A stretch of 64,000 nt of DNA from Alphaproteobacteria bacterium (GCA_964291285.2 OZ219788.1:512001-576000), one strand, 5' to 3'. Counted from the first letter of the stretch, positions 32,197 through 44,045 are shown. Notes: a model not told the origin generated them from the letters alone. Numbers and translations are program-made.

Positions 32197-33690
32197 TCAG
32201 AAGCGCGGCAGGTCCGGGAAGGGCAGGGCGCCGCCCCGGACATGCATCCGCCCGAGCTCGGCGCAGCGCCGCAAGGTCGGGAAGACCTTGCCGGGATTGA
32301 GCCGGTGCTCCGGGTCGAAGGCGCATTTGACCCGCTGCTGCTGGTCGAGGTCGGCCTCGGTGAACATCGCGCCCATCAGGTCGCGCTTCTCGACGCCGAC
32401 GCCGTGCTCGCCGGTCAGCACGCCGCCGACGGCGACGCAGAGCTTCAATATGTCCGCGCCGAACGCCTCCGCCTTTTCGATGTCGCCCGGCCGGTTGGCG
32501 TCGTAGAGGATCAGCGGGTGCAGATTGCCGTCGCCGGCATGGAACACGTTCGCCACGCGCAGCCCGTGTTCGCCGGCAAGCGCGGTCATGCCGGCCAGCA
32601 CTTCCGCCAGCCGGCCGCGCGGGATGGTGCCGTCCATGCAGAGATAGTCCGGCCCGATGGCGCCGACGGCCGGAAAGGAGTTTTTGCGCCCGGCCCAGAA
32701 GCGGAGCCGTTCCTCCTCGCTCTCGGAGGCCCGGATGGTCGTCGCGCCGGCCGCCCGCGCGATTCCGGACACGCGCCCGACCAGGTGGTCCACCTCGGAG
32801 GCCTCGCCGTCGAGCTCGCAGATCAGCAGCGAAGCGGCGTCCGTCGGGTAGCCGCAGGGCTGGAAGTCCTCGGTCGCGCGGATCGCCGGCCCGTCCATCA
32901 TCTCCAGCCCGCCGGGGATGATGCCTGCCGCGATGATGTCGGCGACGCAGGTGGCGCCCGCCTCGACCGTCGGGAAGGCGAGCAGCAGGCCGCGCGCGGT
33001 CTCGGGCTTCGGCAGCAGGCGCACCGTCACCTCGGTGATGACGCCGAGCAGGCCCTCGGAGCCGGTCATCAGCCCCATCAGGTCGTAGCCCTCGGAATCG
33101 AGATGCTTGCCGCCGAGATGCACGATCTCGCCGCCCATCAGCACGATTTCGAGGCCGAGTATGTTGTTGGTGGTCAGCCCGTATTTCAGGCAGTGCACGC
33201 CGCCCGAATTCTCGCCGACATTGCCGCCGATGGAGCACGCGATCTGCGAGGAGGGGTCAGGCGCGTAGTAGAAGCCGCGCTCGGCTACGGCATCGCTGAT
33301 CGCGAGATTGGCCACGCCCGGCTGCACGCGGGCCGAGCGGTTTTCGTAGTCGATCTCCAGGACGCGGTTGAACTTGCCCATGGCGAGCAGGATGCCGTCG
33401 CCGAGCGGCATGGAGCCGCCGGAAAGCGAGGTGCCGGCCCCGCGCGGCACCACCTTCACGTTCATCTCGGCCGCGAGCGCCATGATCGCCTGCACCTGGC
33501 TCACGGTTTCCGGCAGGGCGACGACGAGCGGAAGCTGGCGGTACATGGTGAGCGCGTCGCACTCATAGGCGCGCATCGCCGTCTCTTCGGCGATCACGCT
33601 CGCGTCGGGCAGGATCGCGCGCAGCCGGCGGATCAGCCGGTCGCGGTTCTCCAGGATCGCCGCCTCGGGCGCCGGCATGGTGAGCGACAT
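32197..33690 (-). CDS. glcD: Glycolate oxidase subunit
   Basis: PRGAGTSLSGG, YAPDPSSQIAC, HAGDGNLHP, GEHGVG. Confidence 0.95.
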   Translation of the reverse strand: MSLTMPAPEAAILENRDRLIRRLRAILPDASVIAEETAMRAYECDALTMYRQLPLVVALPETVSQVQAIMALAAEMNVKVVPRGAGTSLSGGSMPLGDGILLAMGKFNRVLEIDYENRSARVQPGVANLAISDAVAERGFYYAPDPSSQIACSIGGNVGENSGGVHCLKYGLTTNNILGLEIVLMGGEIVHLGGKHLDSEGYDLMGLMTGSEGLLGVITEVTVRLLPKPETARGLLLAFPTVEAGATCVADIIAAGIIPGGLEMMDGPAIRATEDFQPCGYPTDAASLLICELDGEASEVDHLVGRVSGIARAAGATTIRASESEEERLRFWAGRKNSFPAVGAIGPDYLCMDGTIPRGRLAEVLAGMTALAGEHGLRVANVFHAGDGNLHPLILYDANRPGDIEKAEAFGADILKLCVAVGGVLTGEHGVGVEKRDLMGAMFTEADLDQQQRVKCAFDPEHRLNPGKVFPTLRRCAELGRMHVRGGALPFPDLPRF

Positions 33691-33945
33691 GGGCAGAGGC
33701 CTCCCCGACCGCCCGCCAGTCTAGGGCCTTTCCGGCGGGAACGGAAACGGCGGACCAGTGATTGGTGAATAGTGGATCGAAGGAAGTGTGGCCGCCTCCC
33801 ACCGCCGCGTAGAGGGTACGCCACGCATACGGGCTCCCGACCTTGAGCTACTCCCTCGTCACCCCGGACGAGCAAGGCGGCGATTCGGGGCGACAAGAGG
33901 ATCGGCCGCGGTGATAATGGGGCTGCCTTGAGTTCGGAGCCCTCT

Positions 33946-35124
33946 ATGCCCCGCTTTGTTGTTTGCGCCCTCACCGCCTTCATATGGCCGGCCATATCTT
34001 CCGCCGCAGATTGCGGCAACTGGAATACATTGGAGTTCTTCAAAGGCACTGTTCCCGAAAGTGTTCGGACTTGCCTTGCTGCCGGCGCTGACCCCAATGC
34101 GCGTGCAGACACAGACAAGGATATGACGCCGTTGCACATGGCAGCGTTCGCCAACGGAGACCCGGCGGTTATGGCGGTCCTTCTCGACGCAGGCGCCGAC
34201 CCCAACGCGAGGGCAGATAGGGGCTGGACGCCGCTGCACATGGCGATATTCGCCAACGGGGATCTAACGGTTCTAGCGACCCTTCTTGGTGCCGACGTTG
34301 ATTCGAAGGCGCAGAACGGCGGTAGCCCGATACGTCCGTACGCGCCTGCAGCCATGAACGACAACCTGGCAATCGTCGCGATCCTCCTCGACGCGGGCGC
34401 TGACCCCAACGCGCGGGTCGATAAGGGCTTGACGCCGCTGCAGATAGCAGCGTCCGTCAGCAGGGACCCGGCGGTTCTGGCCGCCCTTCTTGATGCCGGC
34501 GCCGATCCGAAGGCGCGAAGCGAAGGCGGCTCGACACCTCTACACGCGGCTGCAATCATGAACGACAATCCGGCAGTCGTCACAGCGCTGCTTGACGTCG
34601 GCGTTGATCCAAACGCTAGGGAAGATCAAGGTTGGAGCCCCCTTCACGCTGCGGCGCGCCACAACCGGAACCCGGCGGTTCTGGCCGCCCTGCTCGATGC
34701 TGGCGCCGACCCGAAGGCACGGGAGGAATACAACCAGACGCCTTTGCATCTGGCGGCAGCACACAGCGAGAATCCGGCCGTTCTGACAGTGCTCCTCAAT
34801 GCTGGCGCTGACCCCAACGCGCAAGCAACTAGAGGCCTTACGCCCCTTCATATGGCTGCGGTCGGCACCAAGAATCCGGCAATCGTGACGGTGCTGCTCA
34901 ATGCCGGAGCTGACCCGAAAGCGCAAGCCGGTGGAAGCTGGACGCCGCTGCATGTGGCTGCAATGAAGAGCGAGAACCCGGCAGTCGTGGCAGCGTTGCT
35001 TGACGCCGGTGCCGACCCGAAGGCGCGATCTCATGACGGCAACACTCCTTGGGACTTGGCGAAGGACCGAGAGGCTCTGAAGGGAAGCGACGCCTATTGG
35101 CGGCTCAATGACGGGCGTTTCTGA
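33946..35124 (+). CDS. Secreted ankyrin-repeat protein
   Basis: Signal peptide then about 10 repeats of about 34 aa, TPLHxAA..NPAV..LLDAGADPxAR. Confidence 0.95.
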   Translation: MPRFVVCALTAFIWPAISSAADCGNWNTLEFFKGTVPESVRTCLAAGADPNARADTDKDMTPLHMAAFANGDPAVMAVLLDAGADPNARADRGWTPLHMAIFANGDLTVLATLLGADVDSKAQNGGSPIRPYAPAAMNDNLAIVAILLDAGADPNARVDKGLTPLQIAASVSRDPAVLAALLDAGADPKARSEGGSTPLHAAAIMNDNPAVVTALLDVGVDPNAREDQGWSPLHAAARHNRNPAVLAALLDAGADPKAREEYNQTPLHLAAAHSENPAVLTVLLNAGADPNAQATRGLTPLHMAAVGTKNPAIVTVLLNAGADPKAQAGGSWTPLHVAAMKSENPAVVAALLDAGADPKARSHDGNTPWDLAKDREALKGSDAYWRLNDGRF

Positions 35125-35216
35125 ACGAGTCCCGCCACGCGAACAGTCCCCTGTGCCTTCCCTGCTTCCGCAGCCGCGCTATGCTGGCCGCCAGGATAGC
35201 GGCGGAGGGCCGGGCT

Positions 35217-36389
35217 ATGGCGGGCGGCACGTGGATTTCCTTTCCCCACAGCGAGGGCGAGACCAACCGGCGGGCGCATGTCCAACTGCCGGACGGGCGC
35301 TTCGAGCGCGAACTGGGCCGCGAGGGCTTCTTCGGCCCGGCGGCGCACATGTACCACCGCAACCCGCCGACCGCCTGGACCGGCTGGGAAGGGCCGCTCC
35401 GCCCCCGCGCCTTCGACCTCAACAGGCTTCCCGCCGCCGCCTCTCCGTGGGAAGCCCGGCGGGTGCTGCACAACGCCCATGTCGATTACCGCTTCTGGCG
35501 CGCCGAGGGGCGGATGGACCACCTCGTCCGCAACGGGGACGGCGACGACCTGCTCTTCCTGCACCGCGGCAGCGGCGACTTCTTCTGCGATTACGGGCGG
35601 CTTCCGGTCGAGCAGGGCGACTATGTCGTCATCCCGCGCGGCACCATGTGGCGGCTCGACGCCGAGGGGCCGACAGAGGCGCTGCTGATCGAGGCGACCG
35701 GCGGTTTCTACCGGCTGCCGGAAAAGGGCATGGTCGGCCGCCATGCGGTGTTCGACCCGGCCGCGCTCGTCCTGCCCCGCATAGACGACGCCTTCCGCGC
35801 CCAGCAGGGGCCGGGCACATGGCAGGTGCGGATCAAGCGCCGGGGCCGGATCAGCTGCGCGACCTTCCCCTTCAACCCGCTCGACGCCGTCGGCTGGCAT
35901 GGCGACCTTTCCGTCGCCAAGCTCAATGTGCGCGAAATCCGCCCGCTGATGAGCCACCGCTACCACCTGCCGCCCTCGGCGCACACCACCTTCGTCGCCG
36001 ACCGTTTCGTCGTCTGCACCTTTGCGCCCCGCCCGGCCGAGACCGACCCGGAGGCGCTCAAGGTGCCGTTCTTCCACAACAATGACGATTACGACGAGGT
36101 GATCTTCTACCACTCCGGCGACTTCTTCAGCCGCGACGGCATCGACGCCGGCATGGTGACATTGCACCCCTGCGGTTTCGCCCACGGCCCCCATCCCAAG
36201 GCGCTGGCCCGCATGCTCGGGGGCGGCAAGGCCTTTCTCGACGAATATGCCGTCATGCTGGACACGCGCGATGCGCTCGACGTCGCCGAGCTGCCGGAGG
36301 ACGTCGAATGGGCCGGCTATGTCGACAGTTGGGAGGGCGCGCTTGCCTTCGCGCCCGACGCGCCGGAAAACGGAGGCGGCGGGACGTAG
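35217..36389 (+). CDS. hmgA: Homogentisate 1,2-dioxygenase
   Basis: GREGFFG, NGDGD, DAVGWHGD, VPFFHNNDDYDEVIFYH, HGPHP. Confidence 0.88.
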   Translation: MAGGTWISFPHSEGETNRRAHVQLPDGRFERELGREGFFGPAAHMYHRNPPTAWTGWEGPLRPRAFDLNRLPAAASPWEARRVLHNAHVDYRFWRAEGRMDHLVRNGDGDDLLFLHRGSGDFFCDYGRLPVEQGDYVVIPRGTMWRLDAEGPTEALLIEATGGFYRLPEKGMVGRHAVFDPAALVLPRIDDAFRAQQGPGTWQVRIKRRGRISCATFPFNPLDAVGWHGDLSVAKLNVREIRPLMSHRYHLPPSAHTTFVADRFVVCTFAPRPAETDPEALKVPFFHNNDDYDEVIFYHSGDFFSRDGIDAGMVTLHPCGFAHGPHPKALARMLGGGKAFLDEYAVMLDTRDALDVAELPEDVEWAGYVDSWEGALAFAPDAPENGGGGT

Positions 36390-36407
36390 CTGCTCGCGGG
36401 AAGCGCA

Positions 36408-38267
36408 ATGCGCCCGGCCTCTGTGCTGAAGTGGACCGGGCTGGCGCTCGCCCTCATCGCCGCGGCCGCCACCGCGGCACTCCTTTCGGTCGATGTCGGC
36501 AGCTACCGGGAAGAAATTGCCGCGGAATTCCGCAAGGCGACCGGCCGCGACCTCACTATCGGCGGCGACATGGACCTGTCAATTTCGCTCAGTCCCGCCG
36601 TGGTCGTGGAGCGGGTCTCCGTCGCCAATGCCGGCTGGGGCTCGCGCCCGGTCATGGCGGCAATCGAGCGCGCCGAGGCGGAAGTCGAATTGCTTTCGCT
36701 GCTCGCCGGCGATATCCGCGTGACCCGGCTCATCCTCGTCGAGCCCGACATCCTGTTCGAGACGAATGCGGCCGGCCTTTCCAACTGGCGGACAGGACCG
36801 TCTTCGGAGGACCGGTCCGCTGCGCCTGCCGGCTCCGGAGAGGCGGACAGGGAAGGCAGGGCGGACGGTGCGCCGCCGGTGCCGCTCTTCAACCATGTGG
36901 AAATCCGCCGGGGGCGCCTGACCTACAGGGACGCGCGGACCGGCGGGGAAATGCGCCTCGACCTCGAACGCGTGTCGGCAAAGACGGACTCTTTCAGCGC
37001 GCCGCTGAAGATAGAGGCCGCAGGCGCGTGGAACGGAAGCCCGTTTTCGATCTCGGGCGCTGCCGACTCCCTGGCCGGCATCGCTGCGGGCGGCCCGGTG
37101 GGCATCGACTTCGAGGCCGCGCTCGGGGCCAGCGACCTCTCCGGCCGGATCGAGCTTGCGCTGGCGGGGCTCCGCCCGCGCCTTGCCGGGACGCTGGCGT
37201 CAGACGCAATCGACCCCGCAGGACTGCGGCGGGGGTCGGCCGGCAGCGGGCGTCCCGCCGCTCCGGGCGGTGAGGCCGGGCCGGAAAAGCCGCCGCCGGA
37301 CCGGGTTTTCCCCGATGACCCGCTTCCGCTGGACGGACTGAAGTCGGTCGATCTGGATCTGACGCTCAGCATCGGGACGCTGGCCGGCCATGCGGTTCCG
37401 GTCGGCGCGGTGGAGTCCCGTATCAGGCTCGATCACGGCGCGCTGGCGGTAAGGCCGTTGCGGGCGCGTGTCGCCGGGAGCCCGGTAGAGGGCGAGCTTC
37501 ACCTCGACGCGCGCCGCGCGCCGCCCCGGCTCCGCCTCGCGGCAAGAGCTGACGGGTTCGATCTCGGCCGCCTGCTGGCGGAGGCCGGCGTCACCGACCT
37601 CTTCGAGGGGAAAGCAAGGGCGAGGATCGATCTCTCGGGCGCCGGCCGGTCCGTCGCCGCGCTGATGGCCGGCCTCGACGGCGATGTCAGGCTCGTTGGC
37701 GGGAGCGGACGGCTGAAGACGCAGGCGTTCGATGCGGCGGCAGGTGGCGCGAGCGCCCTTCTGGGCACGCTGTTCTCGGGCCGGCAGCAATGGACGGTCG
37801 TCAATTGCGCCATCGCTTCCGTCGGCATCGAGAAGGGGCGCGCGACCGGCCGGGCGGTGCTGATCGACACCGAGTATTCAACCGTCGCCGCCAGCGGCAT
37901 GGCGGACCTGGCCTCGGAAACCCTCGACCTCGTCGTCGAGCCCCGGGCGAAATCGGCAACTCTCAATGTCGCAGTCCCGGTCCATATACGAGGTAGTTTC
38001 GCCGAGCCGAAAATCCGGCCCGACACCGGCGCGGTGCTGAAGAAGCTCGGCGGCCTCGCGGCGCTCGCCCTGTTTCCGCCGGCCGCCATCGTTGGCCTCG
38101 GCGAACTCGGCGGCGGTGACAATGAATGCCTGAAGGCCGCCGCCGGCCCCGGGCCGCGCGCCACGTCGCCGGAAAAGGCCGTCCGGGAACTCAAGGACAA
38201 TCTCAAGGGCGCCGTGCAGGATATCGGCCGCGGCCTGAAGGGCCTGTTCCGCCGCAAGAAGGACTGA
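36408..38267 (+). CDS. AsmA family protein
   Basis: N-terminal TM anchor, ATGRDLTIGG, NAGWGSRP, beta-rich body. Confidence 0.88.
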   Translation: MRPASVLKWTGLALALIAAAATAALLSVDVGSYREEIAAEFRKATGRDLTIGGDMDLSISLSPAVVVERVSVANAGWGSRPVMAAIERAEAEVELLSLLAGDIRVTRLILVEPDILFETNAAGLSNWRTGPSSEDRSAAPAGSGEADREGRADGAPPVPLFNHVEIRRGRLTYRDARTGGEMRLDLERVSAKTDSFSAPLKIEAAGAWNGSPFSISGAADSLAGIAAGGPVGIDFEAALGASDLSGRIELALAGLRPRLAGTLASDAIDPAGLRRGSAGSGRPAAPGGEAGPEKPPPDRVFPDDPLPLDGLKSVDLDLTLSIGTLAGHAVPVGAVESRIRLDHGALAVRPLRARVAGSPVEGELHLDARRAPPRLRLAARADGFDLGRLLAEAGVTDLFEGKARARIDLSGAGRSVAALMAGLDGDVRLVGGSGRLKTQAFDAAAGGASALLGTLFSGRQQWTVVNCAIASVGIEKGRATGRAVLIDTEYSTVAASGMADLASETLDLVVEPRAKSATLNVAVPVHIRGSFAEPKIRPDTGAVLKKLGGLAALALFPPAAIVGLGELGGGDNECLKAAAGPGPRATSPEKAVRELKDNLKGAVQDIGRGLKGLFRRKKD

Positions 38268-38366
38268 GCCCGAACCTCGACAGGCACGGCTCGTCCCGTC
38301 ATGCTCGCGCTTCGTGAACAGCCGGTCCCGGGCCCGGACAGTCCGCCAGAGGAAGGCCAAGCGCCG

Positions 38367-39005
38367 ATGAAGCTCTATGTCTGGAATATCGCGCCGAACC
38401 CGCGCCGGGTGGTCATCTATCTGGCGGAGAAGGGGATCGAGGTGCCGATGGAGGAGGCGGGTATTCCCGGCAAGCCGGCCCTCGACCCGGCCTTTCTCGA
38501 AAAGGCGCCCTACCGCCGGGTGCCGCTGTTGGAGCTCGATGACGGCACGCTGATCTCCGAGGCCATGGCGATCTGCCGCTATTTCGAGGCGCAGCATCCC
38601 GACCCGCCGCTGATGGGCGCGGACGCGCTGGAGATGGCGCGCGTCGAGATGTGGGAGCGGATGTCCGAGTTCGAGGGGCTGTTCGCCGTGGCCGAATCCT
38701 TCCGCAACGCCAAGCGCAGCTTCGCCGGCCGCGCGCTGCCCGGGATTCCCGGCGAGAGCGCCCAGATCCCCGAACTGATCGAACGCGGCAGGCAGCGGGC
38801 CGCGCTCTATTTCGACCGCCTCGACGCCCGCCTCGGCGAGTCGCGGTTCCTGGCAGGCGAGCGCTTCACCACCGCCGACATCACCGCCTTCTGCACCGTC
38901 GATTTCGCCAGGTTCATCGAGATGGACGCATCCGACGGCCGCCGCCATATCGCGCGCTGGCAGGCGGAGGTCGCGGCGCGGCCCAGCATCCGCGGGACCG
39001 CGTAG
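38367..39005 (+). CDS. Glutathione S-transferase
   Basis: APNPRRV, VPLLELDDG..ISE..AICRY, FTTADI. Confidence 0.92.
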   Translation: MKLYVWNIAPNPRRVVIYLAEKGIEVPMEEAGIPGKPALDPAFLEKAPYRRVPLLELDDGTLISEAMAICRYFEAQHPDPPLMGADALEMARVEMWERMSEFEGLFAVAESFRNAKRSFAGRALPGIPGESAQIPELIERGRQRAALYFDRLDARLGESRFLAGERFTTADITAFCTVDFARFIEMDASDGRRHIARWQAEVAARPSIRGTA

Positions 39006-39017
39006 CCGCCGGCCCCG

Positions 39018-39350
39018 TCAATCGATAATCAGAAGGGCTGCTTCCCGGGCTTCTTCAAAGTCGCGAAGATCGCCCGCGCGCCGTCTCAACGCCGCAACGA
39101 TATCCGCCGTCGAACAGTTGCCCATACGCACCCAAACGACTTTCGGCGGCGCCCCGGCAAGAAAACTCAATTGCCGGAAATCCCCGTCCTTGGAAACTAT
39201 GGCGCACCGGTTTTCAATAGCGAATTGCCAGACGGTGCGATCATCGGCTTCCCCCAGTCCGGCATCCAGAACATGCTGCGAATCCGGGAATAGGTCGGCA
39301 AGCAACTGCACGAGCCTTGGCGACAGGTTCTGGTCGAAGAGCAGCCTCAC
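39018..39350 (-). CDS. DUF5615 PIN-like toxin (VapC45-type)
   Basis: MRLLFDQNLS, SKDGDF, PPKVVWVRMGNCST. Confidence 0.88.
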   Translation of the reverse strand: MRLLFDQNLSPRLVQLLADLFPDSQHVLDAGLGEADDRTVWQFAIENRCAIVSKDGDFRQLSFLAGAPPKVVWVRMGNCSTADIVAALRRRAGDLRDFEEAREAALLIID

Positions 39351-39577
39351 TCGGCTGCGGGAGACATCAACTTGCGCTCCCGGTCGGCGGCAAACGCGAG
39401 GCAGGCGCGGATATCCTCTTCGACGAGATACGGGAAGTCTTCGAGGATTTCCGGGACGGTCATGCCGGAGGCGAGATAGTCGAGGACATCGTAAACGGTG
39501 ATCCGCATGCCCCGGATGCAGGGCTGGCCGCCGCGTTTGCCGGGCTCGATGGTAATGCGGCCGTCATAGTCCGCCAC
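39347..39577 (-). CDS. DUF433 antitoxin
   Basis: RITIEPGKRGGQPCIRGMRITV, EDIRACL; overlaps the toxin start. Confidence 0.9.
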   Translation of the reverse strand: MADYDGRITIEPGKRGGQPCIRGMRITVYDVLDYLASGMTVPEILEDFPYLVEEDIRACLAFAADRERKLMSPAAE

Positions 39578-39692
39578 TGCCGGCGCCTCCTGACGCTGCC
39601 CGCCGGAACAATTGCCCGACTGTAGCAGACCAGCCCGGCCGGCGTCACCCCGGCCTCGACAGGCTCGGCCCGCCGCGCCATGCTCGTGCCCC

Positions 39693-40238
39693 ATGACCGG
39701 CGCCCCCTTCATCCGCACCGTGCCCGAGGGCGACGACCGGGAGCGGCTGGTTTGCGCCGATTGCGGGCATATCGCCTATGAGAACCCGAAGATCGTGGTG
39801 GGCTCGGTCGCAGTGCTGGGCGACCGGCTGCTGCTCTGCCGGCGCGCCATCGAGCCGCGCAAGGGCTTCTGGACCCTGCCGGCGGGCTATCTGGAACTGC
39901 ACGAGACGCCGGAGGACGGGGCGAAGCGGGAAGCGGTCGAGGAAGCCTGCGCCGCTATCGAGATCGACCGGCTGCTCGCCGTCTTCTCCATCCCGCGGCT
40001 CTCGCAGGTGCAGCTCATCTTCCGCGCGCGCCTCGCTTCGCCCGAGATCGCGCCCGGACCGGAGAGCACCGATGTCCGGCTTGCGCGCTGGGAGGAGATT
40101 CCCTGGGACGAGATCGCCTTCCCATCGGTCCGCTGGTCGCTCGACGCCTGGCGACAGACGCTGGACCAGGTGGATTTCGCGCCCCTCGGCAACCCGCCGG
40201 GCGAAACCGGCGACATGCGCGCCGGCAGGCCGGACTAG
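39693..40238 (+). CDS. NUDIX hydrolase with N-terminal zinc ribbon
   Basis: RLVCADCG..YENP, PAGYLE..ET..GAKREAVEE. Confidence 0.9.
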   Translation: MTGAPFIRTVPEGDDRERLVCADCGHIAYENPKIVVGSVAVLGDRLLLCRRAIEPRKGFWTLPAGYLELHETPEDGAKREAVEEACAAIEIDRLLAVFSIPRLSQVQLIFRARLASPEIAPGPESTDVRLARWEEIPWDEIAFPSVRWSLDAWRQTLDQVDFAPLGNPPGETGDMRAGRPD

Positions 40239-40244
40239 GCCCGA

Positions 40245-41330
40245 TCAGACGTAGGGGATCACCTTTTCCATCGTGATCCGCATGGACGACTCGACATGCT
40301 CGATCGGCAGGCCGCCGAGCGTGCTCCAGAGCGCGAACTCGGTGATGCCGAGCTTGTCGCGCAGCTCGCGGAGGCGCGCGATGCATTCCTCCGGGTCGCC
40401 GGCGATGCAGGCGCCGAACTCGTGCAGTTTCTCGAAGTTGAGATAGCCCATCTCGCGCGTCTTCAGCCCCTCGGTCATGGTCAGCTCATAGCCCCTGACC
40501 GGCTTGAAGGACCCCGTCTGCGAGAGCTGGTTGCTCGCCACCTTGTTGTAGAACCACTGCACGCGCTCGCCGAAGATTTCGCGCGCCGCCGCCCCGTCCT
40601 CGTGACAGAAATAGGGCATGAGCATCATGCGCTCGGCCGCCTTCGGGTCGCGGCCGTTGGCCTCGCAGGCCGCCTCGTATCCGGCGAGGTTCTCCTCCAG
40701 CTTCTCGACCCATACCTCCCGGTAGGTGCGGTAGGTGAAGGGCGAGGCCAGCTGCAGGTGGAAGCCCTTCTCCGCCGCCTGGGTGAAGCTCTCCGGCGAG
40801 ATCGACGCCTGATAGACCGGCGGATGCGGCTGCTGGACCGGCTTCGGCAGGCATTCGACGGGATCGGGAATGGGCCAGTGGCGGCCGTCGGGCCGGCTGA
40901 CGGTCTCGTTGGTCCAGGCGTCGAGCACGATGTCGACGCCCTCGTTCATCATCTCGCGCGCTTCCGCCATCGGCACGCCGAGACCGACGAATTCATGCGG
41001 CTGGTAGGCCCGCCCGACGCCGAACAGCAGCCGTCCGTGGCTCAGTATGTCGATCAGCGCGAAGTCGGAGGCGGTTCGCAGCGGATGGTTGAAGGGGATC
41101 GCCACCACGGCCGTGCCGATCCTGATGCGTTTCGTGCGCTGGGCGACGGCGGCGGCATAGACCTGCGTCGAGGTGACGACGCCATAGGTCGAGAACAGGT
41201 GCTCGGCGAGCCAGACCGTGTCGTAGCCGAGTTCCTCCGCCTTCACGAAATAGTCGAGGTCCTCGTCGAACGCCTCCACCCGCCGGGTCTGGTCCGGCAT
41301 CTGGCTCAGGCTGAAGACGGCCCATTTCAT
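40245..41330 (-). CDS. LLM-class flavin-dependent oxidoreductase
   Basis: VWLAEHLF, HPLR, GRLLFGVGR, PKPVQQPHPP. Confidence 0.92.
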   Translation of the reverse strand: MKWAVFSLSQMPDQTRRVEAFDEDLDYFVKAEELGYDTVWLAEHLFSTYGVVTSTQVYAAAVAQRTKRIRIGTAVVAIPFNHPLRTASDFALIDILSHGRLLFGVGRAYQPHEFVGLGVPMAEAREMMNEGVDIVLDAWTNETVSRPDGRHWPIPDPVECLPKPVQQPHPPVYQASISPESFTQAAEKGFHLQLASPFTYRTYREVWVEKLEENLAGYEAACEANGRDPKAAERMMLMPYFCHEDGAAAREIFGERVQWFYNKVASNQLSQTGSFKPVRGYELTMTEGLKTREMGYLNFEKLHEFGACIAGDPEECIARLRELRDKLGITEFALWSTLGGLPIEHVESSMRITMEKVIPYV

Positions 41331-42688
41331 CGCATATCGCCTCCGGGCTGCGTGAGGGCCGCAAGCTGGCCCACTTCCGCGACCGACTCAAGCCGGTCCA
41401 CTCCTTCTATCAGTCGTTCGCCCGCCTCGGCGTCGAGCCCGGCCCAGGCCCAGTTGCCGCGGAACTTGGCGAGGTGCTGGGCGCGGGTGAGCGGCCGGGC
41501 CGGGCCGCCGGGCACATCCTCGACCCGGCGCTCGAGGCGGCGGCCGTCCTTGAGCGCGATCTCGACCGCGACCGGGGCCAGCGCATTCGGGTCGGGATTG
41601 CCGTCCGTCTCGACGCGCACGCGCCCGGCGAATTCCTGGCTTTCCCTGTCGGCGAGCGCGTCGGGCGTGAAATCCGCGTGGCCGAGATCGCTGCCGAGCA
41701 GGATCCGCGCCGTCGTCCAGCGGACCGAGAGCCGTGCCTGGTTGACGGCCAGCTCCCCCCGGACCTCGCGGCCGACCAGCTGCTCCACCAGCGGCGTCAC
41801 GCTCAACAGGACATCGGCCACGTCGCCCGCGCCGAAGCCGTGCTCCGCCCGCAGCGCCCGCAGCGCCTCGACGACGCCATGCGTTGCGCGCCCGCTCGGC
41901 CAGGGCTTGTGCGCCGTCTCCGCGATCCGCCAGACCCGGCCGAGACCGGCCAGCACGGGCGCGATATCGTGTTCGCCCTCGATAAGCTCCAGATAGCCGT
42001 GCTCGCCCTCGATGCTGCCCTGCGGCCCCGGCAGGCCGGCGCGGGCCATGTCGACCGCCGCGATGGCGTTGCGTGCGCCGAAGCCTACCTGCATGCCGAG
42101 CAGCGGCGAGCCTTCGCCATGCGCCTGCATCGTTCCGGAGACCTGCCCGAGCGCGATGCCGAAGGCGTGCGCGGTCGCCTCCTCGTCGAGCCCGGCGAGC
42201 TTCGCGCAAGCCGCCGTTCCGCCGAAGGTGCCCGCCGTCGCCGGGCGGAAGAAGCGCAAGCCCGCCTTCGACGCAAGGCCGAGCCCGGCCGCGACATCCG
42301 CGCCGACGGCGACCGCCTCGATCAGCCGGCGGCCGGACACGCCGCCCTCGCGCTCGGCGAACGCCATGGCGGCCGGGAACAGCACCGCCATGGTGTGCAC
42401 CACCGCGCCCTCATGGACGCAGTCATATTCCGAGTTGTGCAGCTGGTAGGCGTTGAGCGCCGCCGCGGCCGGGGCCGGCAGCCTGTCCGGTGTCGCCCAG
42501 ACCCGCGCCTCGGCCGGCGGGCCGGTCAGCACGCGGCGCCACTCGGCGGTAAACGGGCCGCGCGAGCCCGCCGCCGCCACGCCGAAGGAATCGAGCGCGA
42601 AGGTCTTGACGGCCTCGACGGCCGCCGCCGGCAGGTCGTCGAAACCCGTGCCCGCGACATGGCGGGCGAAGATGCGGGCCGCGTCCAT
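41327..42688 (-). CDS. MmgE/PrpD family protein
   Basis: EYDCVH...VVH, HKPWPSGRATH. Confidence 0.88.
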   Translation of the reverse strand: MDAARIFARHVAGTGFDDLPAAAVEAVKTFALDSFGVAAAGSRGPFTAEWRRVLTGPPAEARVWATPDRLPAPAAAALNAYQLHNSEYDCVHEGAVVHTMAVLFPAAMAFAEREGGVSGRRLIEAVAVGADVAAGLGLASKAGLRFFRPATAGTFGGTAACAKLAGLDEEATAHAFGIALGQVSGTMQAHGEGSPLLGMQVGFGARNAIAAVDMARAGLPGPQGSIEGEHGYLELIEGEHDIAPVLAGLGRVWRIAETAHKPWPSGRATHGVVEALRALRAEHGFGAGDVADVLLSVTPLVEQLVGREVRGELAVNQARLSVRWTTARILLGSDLGHADFTPDALADRESQEFAGRVRVETDGNPDPNALAPVAVEIALKDGRRLERRVEDVPGGPARPLTRAQHLAKFRGNWAWAGLDAEAGERLIEGVDRLESVAEVGQLAALTQPGGDMR

Positions 42689-42716
42689 GCCCTGCCGGCG
42701 TTCCCGGGTCAGCGGG

Positions 42717-43898
<1,182 letters not shown>

Positions 43899-44045
43899 GC
43901 GGTGTTCTCCCTGAAACACGATTCAGGGCGGAGTATTGCCAGTCCCCGCCCCCGGTTTCAATGGCCGCGCTCGGGGCCGGCGTCTTCCCCCTCCCGGGGA
44001 ACCGTTCTAAAACGCCGCTATCCGCCCGCTCGGAGAGTTGACCGC

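Noticed and set aside
33770-33900. Minus-strand GGGAGTAGCTCAAGGTCGGGAGC...TTCGATCC, resembling a tRNA, yybP-ykoY or group II intron fragment
   Set aside because: I could not build a cloverleaf, acceptor stem or complete domain V; an Infernal/Rfam scan would settle it
39018-39577. DUF433-DUF5615 pair as a novel system
   Set aside because: Matches a known widespread VapBC45-type toxin-antitoxin arrangement
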